A stretch of 54,967 bases of DNA, filler included, from Trypethelium eluteriae (taxonomy: Eukaryota): the NCBI GenBank assembly GCA_051942245.1. It is 4 parts of 4 records of this genome, joined end to end, with 100 filler letters (N's around TTAATTAATTAA, not from the genome) between each part and the next. Parts side by side here need not be neighbours in the genome. Positions count along the whole stretch, not along the records: positions 1 to 13,702 come from JAVECL010000720.1; 3 more parts are not named here. One strand, 5' to 3'. The translations under genes and the position numbers were made by a program. The notes beneath the pieces were generated by a model. That model ran no database searches. It saw nothing but the letters and a program-made list of their open reading frames with translations, and had not been told where the DNA came from. Of this stretch, positions 1-11,599 are shown in pieces. Numbering within the stretch: position 1 is the first letter of the stretch; each line of letters opens with the position of its first letter.

Positions 1-755
1 CTTCCCCTCCGCGTCCCCAACAACCTCATTCACCACCCCCCAGCGCTGCATCTCGCTCGTCCCGTACGTCCTTCCCGTCAGCGCCATCTCCATCGCCCGC
101 TGCTTCCCGACCGTGCGCACCAGCCGGGGCAGCGCGCCCGCCAGCGCCACCACGCCGCGCTTGACTTCCGGGAGCGCGAAGCTCGCGCCGCTCGACGCGA
201 CTACGATGTCGCAGTTGACTGCGGTTTCCATGCCGCCGCCGTACGCGAGGCCGTTGACGGCGGCGATGATGGGTTTTTTTCCGGAGCGGCGGGAGAGGGC
301 GGCGAAGCCTGAGGGGGGCATGCTGCGTCGGGTGCCGGTGGTGTTGTTGGTGTTCCATTCTGTTGGGGGGGGAAGAGAGTGGGGTGTTAATGAGGGAGGG
401 ATATCTTTGAGAAGTGTAGTGCTGTGAAGGGAAAGCAATATGTGGGAATGAATTAAGTATTGGAAAGAGAGTCTTTGACTTGATTTTTGCGTTTCATGAA
501 TTGGGTAGACCCACCTTTCAGATCAGCACCCGCACAGAATGCCCGTCCTGAACCCGTCACGATACCGACGCGTAAAGAAGGCTCGCCATCTAGCCATGAC
601 CAGATGGCATCCAGCTCTATGTGTCCGTCCAGGTTAATGCAGTTAAGCTGATCAGGACGATTCAAGGTCACCAGCAGGATCTCGGGGGTGGGAAAGGAGA
701 GAATGGCATATTTGGCGGTTGGCGGAGGGGTAGTGAAAGTAGTGTTGCTTGTCAT
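1..755 (-). CDS. Enoyl-CoA hydratase/isomerase (crotonase) family protein, 3' end outside the window
   Basis: Exon 1 755-515 (LVTLNRPDQLNCI...TGSGRAFCAGADLK), GT-AG intron 514-360, exon 2 359-1 translating EWNTNNTTG...KPIIAAVNGLAYGGGMETAVNCDIVVASSGASFALPEVKRGVVALAGALPRLVRTVGKQRAMEMALTGR. These are classic crotonase motifs. Confidence 0.93.
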
Positions 756-1206
756 GGTGTATATTTGTCTATGGAATAGTCAAAAGACTAGACAACAAGT
801 GGAGATATCAGTATGTAAAAATCTACGGCAAGCTTATAGAAGTACGGAGTACAGTAATAGCAGCGCTTCCTCGGATCTCTCCGCCCCGCGCATTAGGGGG
901 AAGCCAATGCCGAGGTCTGTCATTGGCCGATGGCTTGCGACCACCATACACTTTGTTCGATAGTTACCTAATAATGATGAGGCATCCACTGAGAGTCAGC
1001 AGATACGGAGTTATTACTGCTTACAGAGAGTATTTCATTTGCAAAGACCGAGGCAGCATACTGAACATAAGCAAAAGTCTAGTATTCATTTCGAGAAGAG
1101 TCAATGCTGATCCACACAATTCAGAACCTCCGATTCCGATTTCGAGATCTTCTAATATTTTAGACCTCTCGGCTAACTGCGGTTTTCGCGAAGTGTATGA
1201 TACTGT

Positions 1207-3201
1207 TCAAAGAGGCGGAATTCCTCCAGACTTGCGCCAGACACGGCGGTCTATCTCATTTTTCTTATGCCCCTCTACCCACAGCAGCAGATCCATCACG
1301 CCTTCTTCAGAGGCGACGTCGACATCAAAGTCCTTTCCGGTCTGGAGCATTCTTTTTCTCAGCAGAGCAGTCTCTTTCTGCCATGCCAAGACCGCATCCC
1401 CACCTGCGTCCGCTCCAGCCCGTTTCACGAATCCAGGAAAATCTAGGACAAGAAACTTTCCAGTTCCTTTCTCCCTCGTCACGAATGCATAATTCATCGA
1501 CTTGTACGCATCATCTGCGACTCCCATCACCAGAATCGTCCAATCTCCCTCTTGTACTGGCTCGAACCCGGAAAAAAAGGTACTATGGGGATGTGCGCAA
1601 TCCTTTCCAAGACGATACAGACGCGGAGGAAGAGGCTTGACTTGGGACCCGGCACCACCTCTCATTGCGAATGCCTTCGCCACGGCAGTTCCGGTACAGC
1701 CACCCATGGATGAGCAATCTCTCTCGGTTATGGAGTCTTTGCTCAAAACAAAATCAAGGAAGTAGACAAATAATTCACTCGTGTCTTTCAACGAGAGACG
1801 CATGTCGCTGAGCGGCACTGTACAGCCACAGAGGTCTTGAGGGTCAGATATGGGGAAATGCTGCTTGAGTTGCCATGAACCGGGAGAGTCTGTGGCCGTC
1901 GATGCAAGGGGAGTCTCGGAATTTCCATCAAGGCCCTGGGAGGGCGGCTTCTCTACATGACTGCATACCCAGAGGATTTGCACCAATGGTGGAAATGCAT
2001 CACCCGTCGATTGAGGATGGAAGATGCGGGTTTCACTAGGCAGCACCGGACGGAAGGCCTCGTGGAAAGCGTCGGAGTGGATGACATGAATATTGGGCTT
2101 GCCTTGAAGAGCGGAATAAGCCTCGTTCAATGGAAGTTGGGGGGTGTTGATCAGGTATATATTCTCCAAGGCTGAGCACGTTTTGCCTAGTTGCATCAGG
2201 AGGCTACCTGTAACATGCGGATTCCCTGACAAATCCAAAGTCTTCATAGTATGCGCGAGCTGTGCATCAATCATAAGCTGGTGAGTTGTCTCATCGGTAA
2301 GAGAAGTGAACGGGCTGAGGTCAACATCGATCTTCCCTTGTAGCATCATCGACAACAGCTGCTTTCCGCAAGGAGCTTGTTCTATTAAGTCGGGTCTGCT
2401 TCTCAATCGTCTCTCGATTGTGGGGGGAAAGTCCGGCAATATCTTGGCTTCGGATAAGACAGCGGTAAGATCTGATGTCTTGAAGCACTCATCAATAGTC
2501 TTTTCCAATGACATTTTTCTAAGACTTGGTGTTTCGTCCCCTCTCTTGCTATCGTCCTCATCTGAGACCGATTTGAAGATGTCCACCTTGCCAGAGTTTC
2601 CAGATCCGACGTTCCATTCGTCACGCGGCCAGGTGGCATGGAGAGACTCAGCTGAGATCAGACTGCAATGCTCGAAGCTCTTCAACACGCTCTCAGGATA
2701 TTCATGAGAGTCAAGGTAAGCCGAAATGTAATCGACCGCACGAAGGGGGGTCATGAGCTCTGCTTCGACTTGGCATCCAGGTACGGCCAAGAAACAGTAG
2801 GCGGGATGGGTTGGTTCGGTAATGTCCACAATGGTGACACCGTCGTTGTTATCACCCTGATCAAAGGCCATATTGAAAGGTAAAAGATGGACCTCCGAGG
2901 GATATTTACTTGCCGGGTCATAGCTTGCACCAAGGACAAGACAGGTTGTGATGAATGGAAAACGAACCCTAATTTTCTGGAAATCCACTTTGACTGCCGA
3001 TTCCTCCTCCCTTAGAGACTTTGCCTGATTGAGTTCATGATAAAGAACGCGTCTGTTAAGGGGTTCCTTAAAAATCTTGAGGAGAGATAGGCACGCTTTG
3101 AGTGCTCCTTGGCCGTAAAGCCACTGATGGTGGACGGCAGCAAGGCCTCTGTAGCGACCTGCAATTCTTGCGATGACGAAGAGTTGGTGGCGTTGACCCA
3201 T
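1207..3201 (-). CDS. Uncharacterised fungal protein: N-terminal MGQRHQ/HHQWLYG/DNNDG domain followed by LRR-like repeats
   Basis: Intronless ~664-codon ORF, first ATG at 3201 (MGQRHQLFVIARI). LRR-like segments VDLSPFTSLTD, LDLSGNPHVT, LENIYLINTPQL. Confidence 0.8.
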   Translation of the reverse strand: MGQRHQLFVIARIAGRYRGLAAVHHQWLYGQGALKACLSLLKIFKEPLNRRVLYHELNQAKSLREEESAVKVDFQKIRVRFPFITTCLVLGASYDPASKYPSEVHLLPFNMAFDQGDNNDGVTIVDITEPTHPAYCFLAVPGCQVEAELMTPLRAVDYISAYLDSHEYPESVLKSFEHCSLISAESLHATWPRDEWNVGSGNSGKVDIFKSVSDEDDSKRGDETPSLRKMSLEKTIDECFKTSDLTAVLSEAKILPDFPPTIERRLRSRPDLIEQAPCGKQLLSMMLQGKIDVDLSPFTSLTDETTHQLMIDAQLAHTMKTLDLSGNPHVTGSLLMQLGKTCSALENIYLINTPQLPLNEAYSALQGKPNIHVIHSDAFHEAFRPVLPSETRIFHPQSTGDAFPPLVQILWVCSHVEKPPSQGLDGNSETPLASTATDSPGSWQLKQHFPISDPQDLCGCTVPLSDMRLSLKDTSELFVYFLDFVLSKDSITERDCSSMGGCTGTAVAKAFAMRGGAGSQVKPLPPRLYRLGKDCAHPHSTFFSGFEPVQEGDWTILVMGVADDAYKSMNYAFVTREKGTGKFLVLDFPGFVKRAGADAGGDAVLAWQKETALLRKRMLQTGKDFDVDVASEEGVMDLLLWVEGHKKNEIDRRVWRKSGGIPPL

Positions 3202-3472
3202 TGCGGACAAGTCTGATAAGAAGCTAAATAAACGAGCCTGGGCTTATTGGGACCTTTTCGACGAGAGGGATCCTTTGACGGAACAGTGCGATATTTTAAT
3301 ACTCATGGGAGGCGAAGATGGTTGATTCAGTGTAACACCGAAACTAGGCAACAGCAATCCCCAGGGAGGCTCCTTGCGTGAGATGCGTGTATTTACATGA
3401 AACGTGACACAGGCTTCAGAAACTAAATCATCGGCCTGCTTCTAGAGCAGGGGAATGCCAACACTCGTCCAG

Positions 3473-5915
3473 TTAGAAAAGCAGCAAGTCCCCGTTTCCA
3501 GCGCCTACAGCAGGCTGATAGACTTGATTGGGCTGATTTTGATTGACCACGTACAGGTTCCCCCCAGGTGCCCCACTGACAGGACTGGAAGCGAAGTCGC
3601 CGTCCGATAATTGGAGATTCGCCACCTGCTGACTTCCAACACTAGAGAAGTACAGATCTGCAGCATCAACAGCAGCTGATATGTCGCCTTGACCGTTTGT
3701 GTCCCCATTGCTCTGCACCTTCTGCGCGGGCATCGAGCTTTTTGCCCCGATGAGCGCTTGCTGCGTAGGCAACCGGTGCTTCTGAAGCGCGGGGCTTTCC
3801 TGGAGTCGTCGGGGCCTCGCGGAACGAAAAACCTGATTGACAGGCTTCAAGTAAACAGTCGCAAGTGTTCCGATGTTGAGGCACATTTCTTCGAGCGTAG
3901 CAGGATCCAGTTTCTCCGACTCCGCCGTGATGGCAGGCTTTTCGCCCATGATGATTTGTTTTGCTGTCATTGGATCAGATGAGAGCAAGCGCCAATACAT
4001 GTATCCGCGATCTCGCAAGTCTGGATTGTCCGTTTCTTCTGTCGCCCATTTCAATACCTTCGGAACGAGTTCTTGTCCTTTAGTCGGTCTCTGAACGAAC
4101 AATTTTACTGCGGCGGTCAGCAGGGCGAGCTGGACTTCATGGGGCTCATCCGCAAAGGTGAAGAGGAAGTCATCCAGCAGGACATCCGAGTTATCGATTC
4201 TGTCTGCATATTGTCCAATAACCCATATCATTGCGGCTTTAGCCTCAGGCTCATCGAGCGAATCCAGGTTCTCGCACAACGTAGAGATGATCGACTCATA
4301 TCTATTAGGATACTTTCGAAAAATGTTGCGAATTACTACTGTCGCTTCTTGGACGATGTACGATACTTTGGTCGCTACAAGGTCAAGCAACGTGTTGATA
4401 CATTGCTTTGCCGCTGGCTCAATCTTGATCGCAAGTTTACCGATCGCTCGAACAGACTTGCGAACAAAATGGACATCAATCTCCGTGGCGTATCTATATT
4501 GATTAGCCTTAATGTCATTCTCTGTGAGATACCAGACTTACTCTCGTAATTCCGTGAGGACCTCGTGAATGTTTTTCTCGGTAGCAAGCATGAAAATCAA
4601 TTCTAATTTCGTGACCTTGACGTAAATTGGATCGTTGTATTTACAGAAGAAAACTCTGATATCATTGCGCAGGACTTCTGGTCGTCTTTGCAGAATCAGT
4701 AAGGCGTTCCTCAGTGCCAGGTATTGGATTTCTGGTGGCTTTGAATTAAGTAGCGTCACAAGCGGAGGCGAGAGCTTGGCGCAAAGGGAATTAACAGTCT
4801 TCTCGTCGACAATGTAATTGAGCAAGTATATGATGACTCGAACACAGGTGAGCACTACGGCCGAATTGGAGTGGGAAAGTCGCTGCGAGATTCTGTCCGC
4901 GAGGAGGACTGCTTCTGATGTATCTTGCGGGACATAATTCATCATCGCTTCCAGAATATATGTCTGACCCCATCTATGGGTCATTAGTAGATGCTCAATT
5001 AGAGAATGGATGGAGACTCACTCTGAGCAGTCTGGCAGAATCTGAACGATTTTTGAGGCGCTTGCATAATCCATAGTGAGCTTGATGGATTCACTACGTT
5101 CCCAAATATCCATGAGGGCAGCCAAGGCGCTGGACACCACTGTTGGGTTTTCGTCTTTCAACATTGCATTCAAACGGTCGATCAAGTCGGAGTTCTCCAC
5201 CTTCGATCGATCGTGTTCATACAATTTTGCGACACAGATAGCCGCTGTCTTTCGAACGTACGGATCCGAATCTTTTAGTAAGTGCCGTAGAGGTGACACT
5301 GTAGCTTCTACAAAATCCCTCACGTGCAGATACGATACCGTTCGGAGAGCTAAAGCACGTATGAGGGGGTTCGAGTCTTCCATGTCCTGGGCGTAGAGTT
5401 GTTAGTCCTGCCAGAGCGACCTATGGACCACCACATACACTGGTAATGATAGGCAACGCTTTGAGTGCGACATCAGGCTTCACTCGGGCGTAGTTGGTCA
5501 AGAAGAGGAAGCACCTTGTGAAGTTTTAGCGCAAGTGTCCAAGACCTGACTGAATGGAGGATCAGAGTTGGGTGTACCACTAACATCTTCTTGATTTCCA
5601 GGCTTGGGATTTGCATGCAATTGATGACGTCCGGGAAGAGTGCTACCATGTCGTTGTTGCTCATTGTCATATTTGCTACAATTTTCTTCAAAGCTATCTT
5701 TTTAGCCGAGTGGTTCTTATCTTTTTTCCCTCCACTGTTTAGCTCGAGTCGAAGCTCAGCTACTTTGCCCTAGTTTTGTGTATCAAATGTCAGTCAGATG
5801 TCCACGGTAAGCAGCCTGCTAAGTTCTCCGGAACTGTCGTAGTCCCACAAAGCCAGAGAACAAACATCTTACTTACTCTGGCAAAGAGCTTCGCATCCTG
5901 ACCTGCTGAAGTCAT
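3473..5915 (-). CDS. APL1: AP-2 adaptor complex beta subunit (beta-adaptin)
   Basis: Spliced translation [54 protein letters not shown]...[13 protein letters not shown]...DPYVRKTAA...WGQTYILEA...[12 protein letters not shown]...[16 protein letters not shown]. Five canonical introns. The N-terminus is of the fungal AP-2 beta type. Confidence 0.93.
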
Positions 5916-6106
5916 CCTGCTTGCCCGTATGTGTGATCATGCGTGGGAGTATGGGAGTCGTGCTCGCGCTGTAGGAATGTTCTTTGAGGCACCTAGGGAG
6001 GACGAATTGATCACCGGTACTGTGCAGTATTTGTGGACAATGAGAAGTGCTGCAGGACGCTCATGAAGTGTAGCAACTGCATCACTGTAAGAGCAATGTT
6101 GTTTGA

Positions 6107-6159
6107 CAGACGTTGCAGACGTTGCAGACGTTGCAGACGTTGCGGAGGTTGCGGAGGTT
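6107..6159. repeat. 9-bp tandem repeat (CAGACGTTG)x4 + (CGGAGGTTG)x2 in the divergent APL1/EMC4 promoter
   Basis: Read directly from the sequence; lies in the 387-bp head-to-head intergenic region. Confidence 0.95.
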
Positions 6160-6302
6160 TTCGGTGAACGGAGCGCGAAGAGCCTCCGCTGCTCTGACCT
6201 CAGGAGCCCCAACTGCTGTGTAGGACAGACAATACAGCGATACAAGCAGCCGAGTCATTTTCAGAGGACAGACACTTCATCCGATCGTCGAATAGATACG
6301 CC

Positions 6303-6987
6303 ATGGCAGCTGTACAAGCCTCCAGGCCTCCGCCTCCACCACAGTGGGTTCTTGACCTGAACTCCACCAGCCCGACCAAATCCAAGGCCGCCAATATTCC
6401 AGATCCTCCGGGTTACCAAGCAGTGTCGACAAGTAGTGGAAAAGTAAGCCCAATAAACTTCACAGTCAAAATAGTGCTAACAAGGAGCCAGCGTAACAAT
6501 ACAACTAAGCAGTCTTCCCAAACATCCGCGCGCAAGACTCCTACAACTGAAGAGATGGATACGCTAAAACTTAAAAAAGCCTGGGAGCTCGCCATCGCGC
6601 CAGCCAAACAGCTTCCAATGAACGGCATCATGATGTACATGTCCGGCAATTCTCTACAAATTTTCAGCATCATGATGGTGTGGATGCTTTTCAAGAACCC
6701 AATCAATGCCATCCTTAATATCAACCCAACATTCGCACGTTTCGAGACGGAAGGGACGAAGACAAATATGCTACTGGTGAAGATCGCCTATATTGCTACA
6801 AATCTACTTGCTTTGGCGTTGGGGATTTGGAAAGTGAATGGGATGGGTTTATTACCGTAAGTCTTTACGCGTTGTAGAAGTGGAAGCCCGAAGCTGATAA
6901 GACCATAGAACCACCAGGTCGGATTGGCTTGCATGGGAGGCGCAGCGAGAACCGCTGGAACGAGCAAGAATGGACATCTCCTTGTGA
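6303..6987 (+). CDS. EMC4: ER membrane protein complex subunit 4 (DUF1077/TMEM85)
   Basis: LKLKKAWELAIAPAKQLPMNGIMMYMSGNSLQIFSIMMV and, after the second intron (~6857-6910), GLLPTTRSDWLAWE...PLE. Intron 1 is 6444-6491. Confidence 0.95.
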
Positions 6988-7512
6988 TGACTTTATATAA
7001 TGTTACTACCAATCTCAGTACATTTTGAGTCTTTCTTCATCCCGTCCGGATTGTCAAGAAAGTCGTTGATCGCTGTTCGGCACCGACTATATGTTCCTGA
7101 ACATGTAATCGCTGATGTACAAATATATTTCATATGAAATGCTCATCACACACTCCAGGCACGTGGATCGACTACTGCGTTGCAACATCAATCCCTGGAA
7201 GTACTCAAAATATATGCATTCAGGTGGCTGGCCTGGCTGCACAATGATGAATTAACCCAAGTTTCGCATAATCGTAGTCTTTGAATTAATGGCTTCAGAA
7301 ACCATGGTCTGATTACTATTGCAAAGTTCACTTGCATTTATAGGACCTTTTATCCAAATCCAGAGTCTCAACTCAACGGAAAATATGAGCGGGTGAGTGG
7401 GAGTAGTGTAAAGAAGGTACTTCAGCCGAGCAGGCAAAGCTTCACATACGAAAATATCAGAAAGAGCAAAGTTCATCATAGACTAGATACAAGCGTCAAA
7501 ATCAAAACAGAT

Positions 7513-10500
7513 CTACATCAACGTTTTGCCATTCTCAACCTTCCCGTTCACCCCCTTCTTCTCGTCAGTAAACGCCTTGCCTGTAGTTTTCCTCTCCTGC
7601 TCCTCATCCCCAAACTCCACCCCGCTCACTAACGCCTCACTGACAAACTCCAACCCCGCCACAAACACACACAGCAAACTCGCAATCACAAAATGACTAA
7701 TACTCGTCCCAATATCCAACCAACTCCCCTCATCCCGCACCATATAGAAGAAATTCAACGTCATCACATCGCTAATCGCCATAACCACCATGAACAGCGC
7801 GCTCGGCGCGACGCCCAGCCGACGATTCAGAATACCGAGGTTCGCGCTGATGCACGCGAACGGGATCATGAGCTTGAGCAGCAGCAGGGCGCCCTGCGAG
7901 AAGGGATCGAAGACCGGGATCAGCCTGTTCACGGCGTCGAGGGAGAAGGAGGAGATGGAGGCGATGTTGCCGGTGGAGAAGAAGCCGGATTGCAGCAGGA
8001 AGAGGAAGAAGAGGGCGATGCGGGCGTCGGCGAGGCTGAGCCGGCGGTAGGAGGCTGGGGTCGAGAGGGATGTGAGGCGGGCTTTGGCGGTCGCGAGGGC
8101 GGGGGGGAGAGGGTTGAGCTCGGAGGGGGCGGAGGTGGGGATGCCGTTCGTCGTGGGAGGAGACGAGGACGAGGTGGTGGTGGTGGTGGTTGTAGGAGGT
8201 GTGGAGTTCACGTGGGTGTAAATGCGGTGTTCAAGACGGACCCAGGAGACGAGCGTTGTGAAGAAGGCGAAGTAGAAAAGGCCTTCGTAGGATATGGTGA
8301 GGATGATGAAAATGGGTGCGAAGGATAGAAATAGCACCATTAGGCGATGGAGATAGTGATTATTGGGTTGCATGCCGTGCAGGAAAGGCACAGTCAATGA
8401 TGCGACTATCGACTAATTAGCGAGGAGACGCACTATCGCAGGCGATAGGCAGACACATACTTAAGACAAGCCAACCGACTACTTGTGTACCTAGCGGTAA
8501 GCCTTTTCTTGCCTGTAAAGAAAGGACACTTGATCGAGTGACGAGCATTGCAAGGGCAACCAGACCAACCTTACAAGCTCGTTAGCATAACATTTGATTC
8601 TCGCGGTTCTCAAGTTACCTGGCCGCCTAAAATCATCCTAGAGAGGCTGTCCACAGAAGCGGATGCAAGCTCCTCCTCTGTATGATTCGTCTGAACAATA
8701 ATGCTCTTCTCGTAAAGTAAGTACAATACCCCCACAGCAAGCATCAAGCCACCGCCAACTAATCTATATCGAGGGTAAGCATATACTGACCGGGCCATCG
8801 CATACTTCACGGTTATCAACTTACATTAGACTAAGATCTTCTGTCTTTATGGCTGGAAGAAGGGTGAAAAGACTCATCAAAATGCATGAAGTTGCCCATG
8901 TGGCAATTAAGACGACGTTTTGAGTCAGGAAATCCATCCCATAAGATGCAGGCCACGCTGCGGCCAAGATGTAGCAAATGGAATAAATTTCGCGAACGTG
9001 GTAACTTTGTACCTGGGACAAGTTAGCCGAAGACTGCCTCCAGAGGTAGAAATGGGGATTTATTGAACATACAAGGGCCTCCAATAACCCTAGAAATACT
9101 AATAGATTAAAGCCGAACCCTAGTATTTTTTGGGATGAAGTATCTTTTCCAAATAATACCTCCTTTCCCTTTACAAGAGCACTTCTACGCGCCCAAACTT
9201 CTTCCCAAAACGCCACGGGGAAGATGGCATATGCATAATAATTCCATGACGAAGACTGAACGAATAGGAGAGAATATAAAGCGACCAGCGCAGAAGAAAA
9301 GAACATAGTACTCGTAATAGTCCTCGAATCTTCAGTCTGCCCGTCTAAAACATGAAGATCTATAACTGTTGTTAATGCGAAGGCTATCCATCCAAAGTAG
9401 CCAGCAGTAACCAATGCACGCAAGAAAAGCCAATCGTAGGTTTGTAGATAGCGTAATCCATCCAGTGTGAGCTTCAGTAGAGTTTGAGATTCTTCTATGG
9501 CTTGATTAAATTTTTGGCTCTTGATCAATTGACTGATATGGTCAATTCTGTGATCAGGAGAGCGCTCTTCAGTGGCGAAGCTCGAGAACGGCTTGTAACG
9601 AAGGACAGTTGCCCGCTTTTGTTCTTCCTTAACACGGTACATTTCTAAAATCTCCCGGGTGTTGACGAGTAGAGCTTCGGCCTTGCCCTTCGCATCGGCA
9701 TTTAAATATTTAAGAGGAAGTTCTCCAACAGAATTGACAGGGAAGGCGAGGCCAGCTAGGTAAGCCATGAGCGCAGCAACATCGGCTTGATCCACATCGT
9801 GCCTGGCAATATGGTCAAGGCCCCAATCGGATGAGAAGCCATCCTCATGGCCGATAGCTGTACCATTTGAGCTCTTGGTAGGCGCTGCTACTCCTGAACC
9901 CCAGGCAATCAACGGTGTTCTAGTATTGTCAGGATGACCATCTCCATGGCTTCCCCAATCACTCATGCCATGATCTGCGGTAAACACGTATGCAGTTTTG
10001 TCGTCGGCGTAAAATTCGTCTATAAGCTTTGTGATTTCTTGCACGCCCTGGTCGACGACTTGGATATTGTGAAGATACTCGCGAGAATAAGGTCGATATG
10101 AGTGCCCTGTTGTGTCGAGACCGAGCAGGTGAAGAAAGAAGACTACCTTTTCCTGTCGAAGGGCGGTATCAAGAGTCGCGTTGTATCTTGCTTGTTGAAA
10201 TAATTCCTTGACCTTATCGAAGACCCAAATGTCCAGTTCAGTAGCATCTTTGCTAAAGTCTTCGGCTTCTGCGGCGTAGGTATCGGCGTCAATCCTCCCC
10301 GGAACACCGCCTTCTTTGAACATTGGCAGGATGTCCGGACTTCCCCAACTCCAAGTATGAGAGCTTTGATTGAACACGCTATCGAAATTGACTGGATTCA
10401 GCTTCCATCCCGTCATGACTGCAGATACATCTTCGTATAGACCGGCAATTAGGGCAACATGACCAGGGCGTGACTCAGTAGGGACGCGAGTGTGGGAGAC

Positions 10501-10867
10501 GCCAAAGGTGCCATGATCCAGCACTCTGGAGCGAAGGAAAGGAGCCAATGGTCGAGGGATTTGCGCTTCAGTCGTACCGTTATTCTTGGGTGAGGGGTCT
10601 GGGAAGGATTGGAAGGCTTTGTCTGCGCGTAGACCGTCTCCTGGACAGAAATTAGTATGCATTCTATGCTTCACAAGAGGTAGAGGAACAGTAATTACCG
10701 ACGTATAAGACAAGTCTTTTCGCAGGAGCTTCAGGGGCATCGATGCTGAACTCGCGCATGCCACTGACAATGGGGCTGACAAAGTAAATGTCGAAGATGG
10801 AAAAGATATAAACCAGATGAAAAACGACGGCAATTGCCAGGAAACCGAGGCGACCCAGGCGAGCCAT
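7513..10867 (-). CDS. MCD4: GPI ethanolamine phosphate transferase 1 (Mcd4/PIG-N)
   Basis: [10 protein letters not shown]...[12 protein letters not shown]...[17 protein letters not shown]...[27 protein letters not shown]...[12 protein letters not shown]...[15 protein letters not shown]. The multi-TM C-terminus has [13 protein letters not shown] and [15 protein letters not shown]. Several canonical introns. Confidence 0.97.
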
Positions 10868-11599
10868 GTTGCAAAGGAGTGACACGTCTCAAGCTGGGAG
10901 ACTTTGAAAGAGGGCAACACGCGCAAGATGAAAGTGTTTGGGCGCTGAAATGTTGACCGGAATTGTATCGTAACACCCTACCTAGACAGCGCCCATGTCG
11001 TCAGGCTGTGACAGGGTCCACCAGTTGCTCCCACTCTCTCAATGCCCGTGCCCTCTCGTGCCTCTCCTTCTCCTAACTCCGTCCGCCGACTACAATTGAC
11101 TTCAATCTGGCCTGCAATTCATCAGCCTTGCCTACCCGGATCCCCATCTCCTTTATGTCAGCACATGCAGCCTCGTCGAGCTAGCATGGCATTGGCACTC
11201 GGTGTCAATGTTGCCCCAATCCATACGTGCCATGCTGATGCAGGATCCTAATCGGTGGCCTTCTCGTGGCCTCTCAGGCACCTATAGGATCATCACGAGC
11301 GATAACAGTGCATACAGAAGGCCGCTTACGCCCCGTGGGTAGGTCCATCCAGCTCAAGGCAATCGTATTCATGCTTGATCACTTGCAGAATAGATCCAAG
11401 GCTGCGAATTGCCCCGCGTGTCTAGCTTCTAGGCATCAGCTGCCTGGCTTATTGGATATTTCATATTCAAAGATAGGGTATAAAAGAGTCTATCTCGTAG
11501 CATTATGTTCTATCTCTATCTTCCAGCCGCTTCTCTTCTCTTTCAGATCAGTCTTTCCTCAAGCTCTTGGTAGCTATTTCCGGTAGAACCTCCAGCACT

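Noticed and set aside
749..1492. 247-aa + strand ORF overlapping the 3' end of the 667-aa gene
   Set aside because: Spans a promoter and the antisense of a better-supported CDS; no recognisable motifs.
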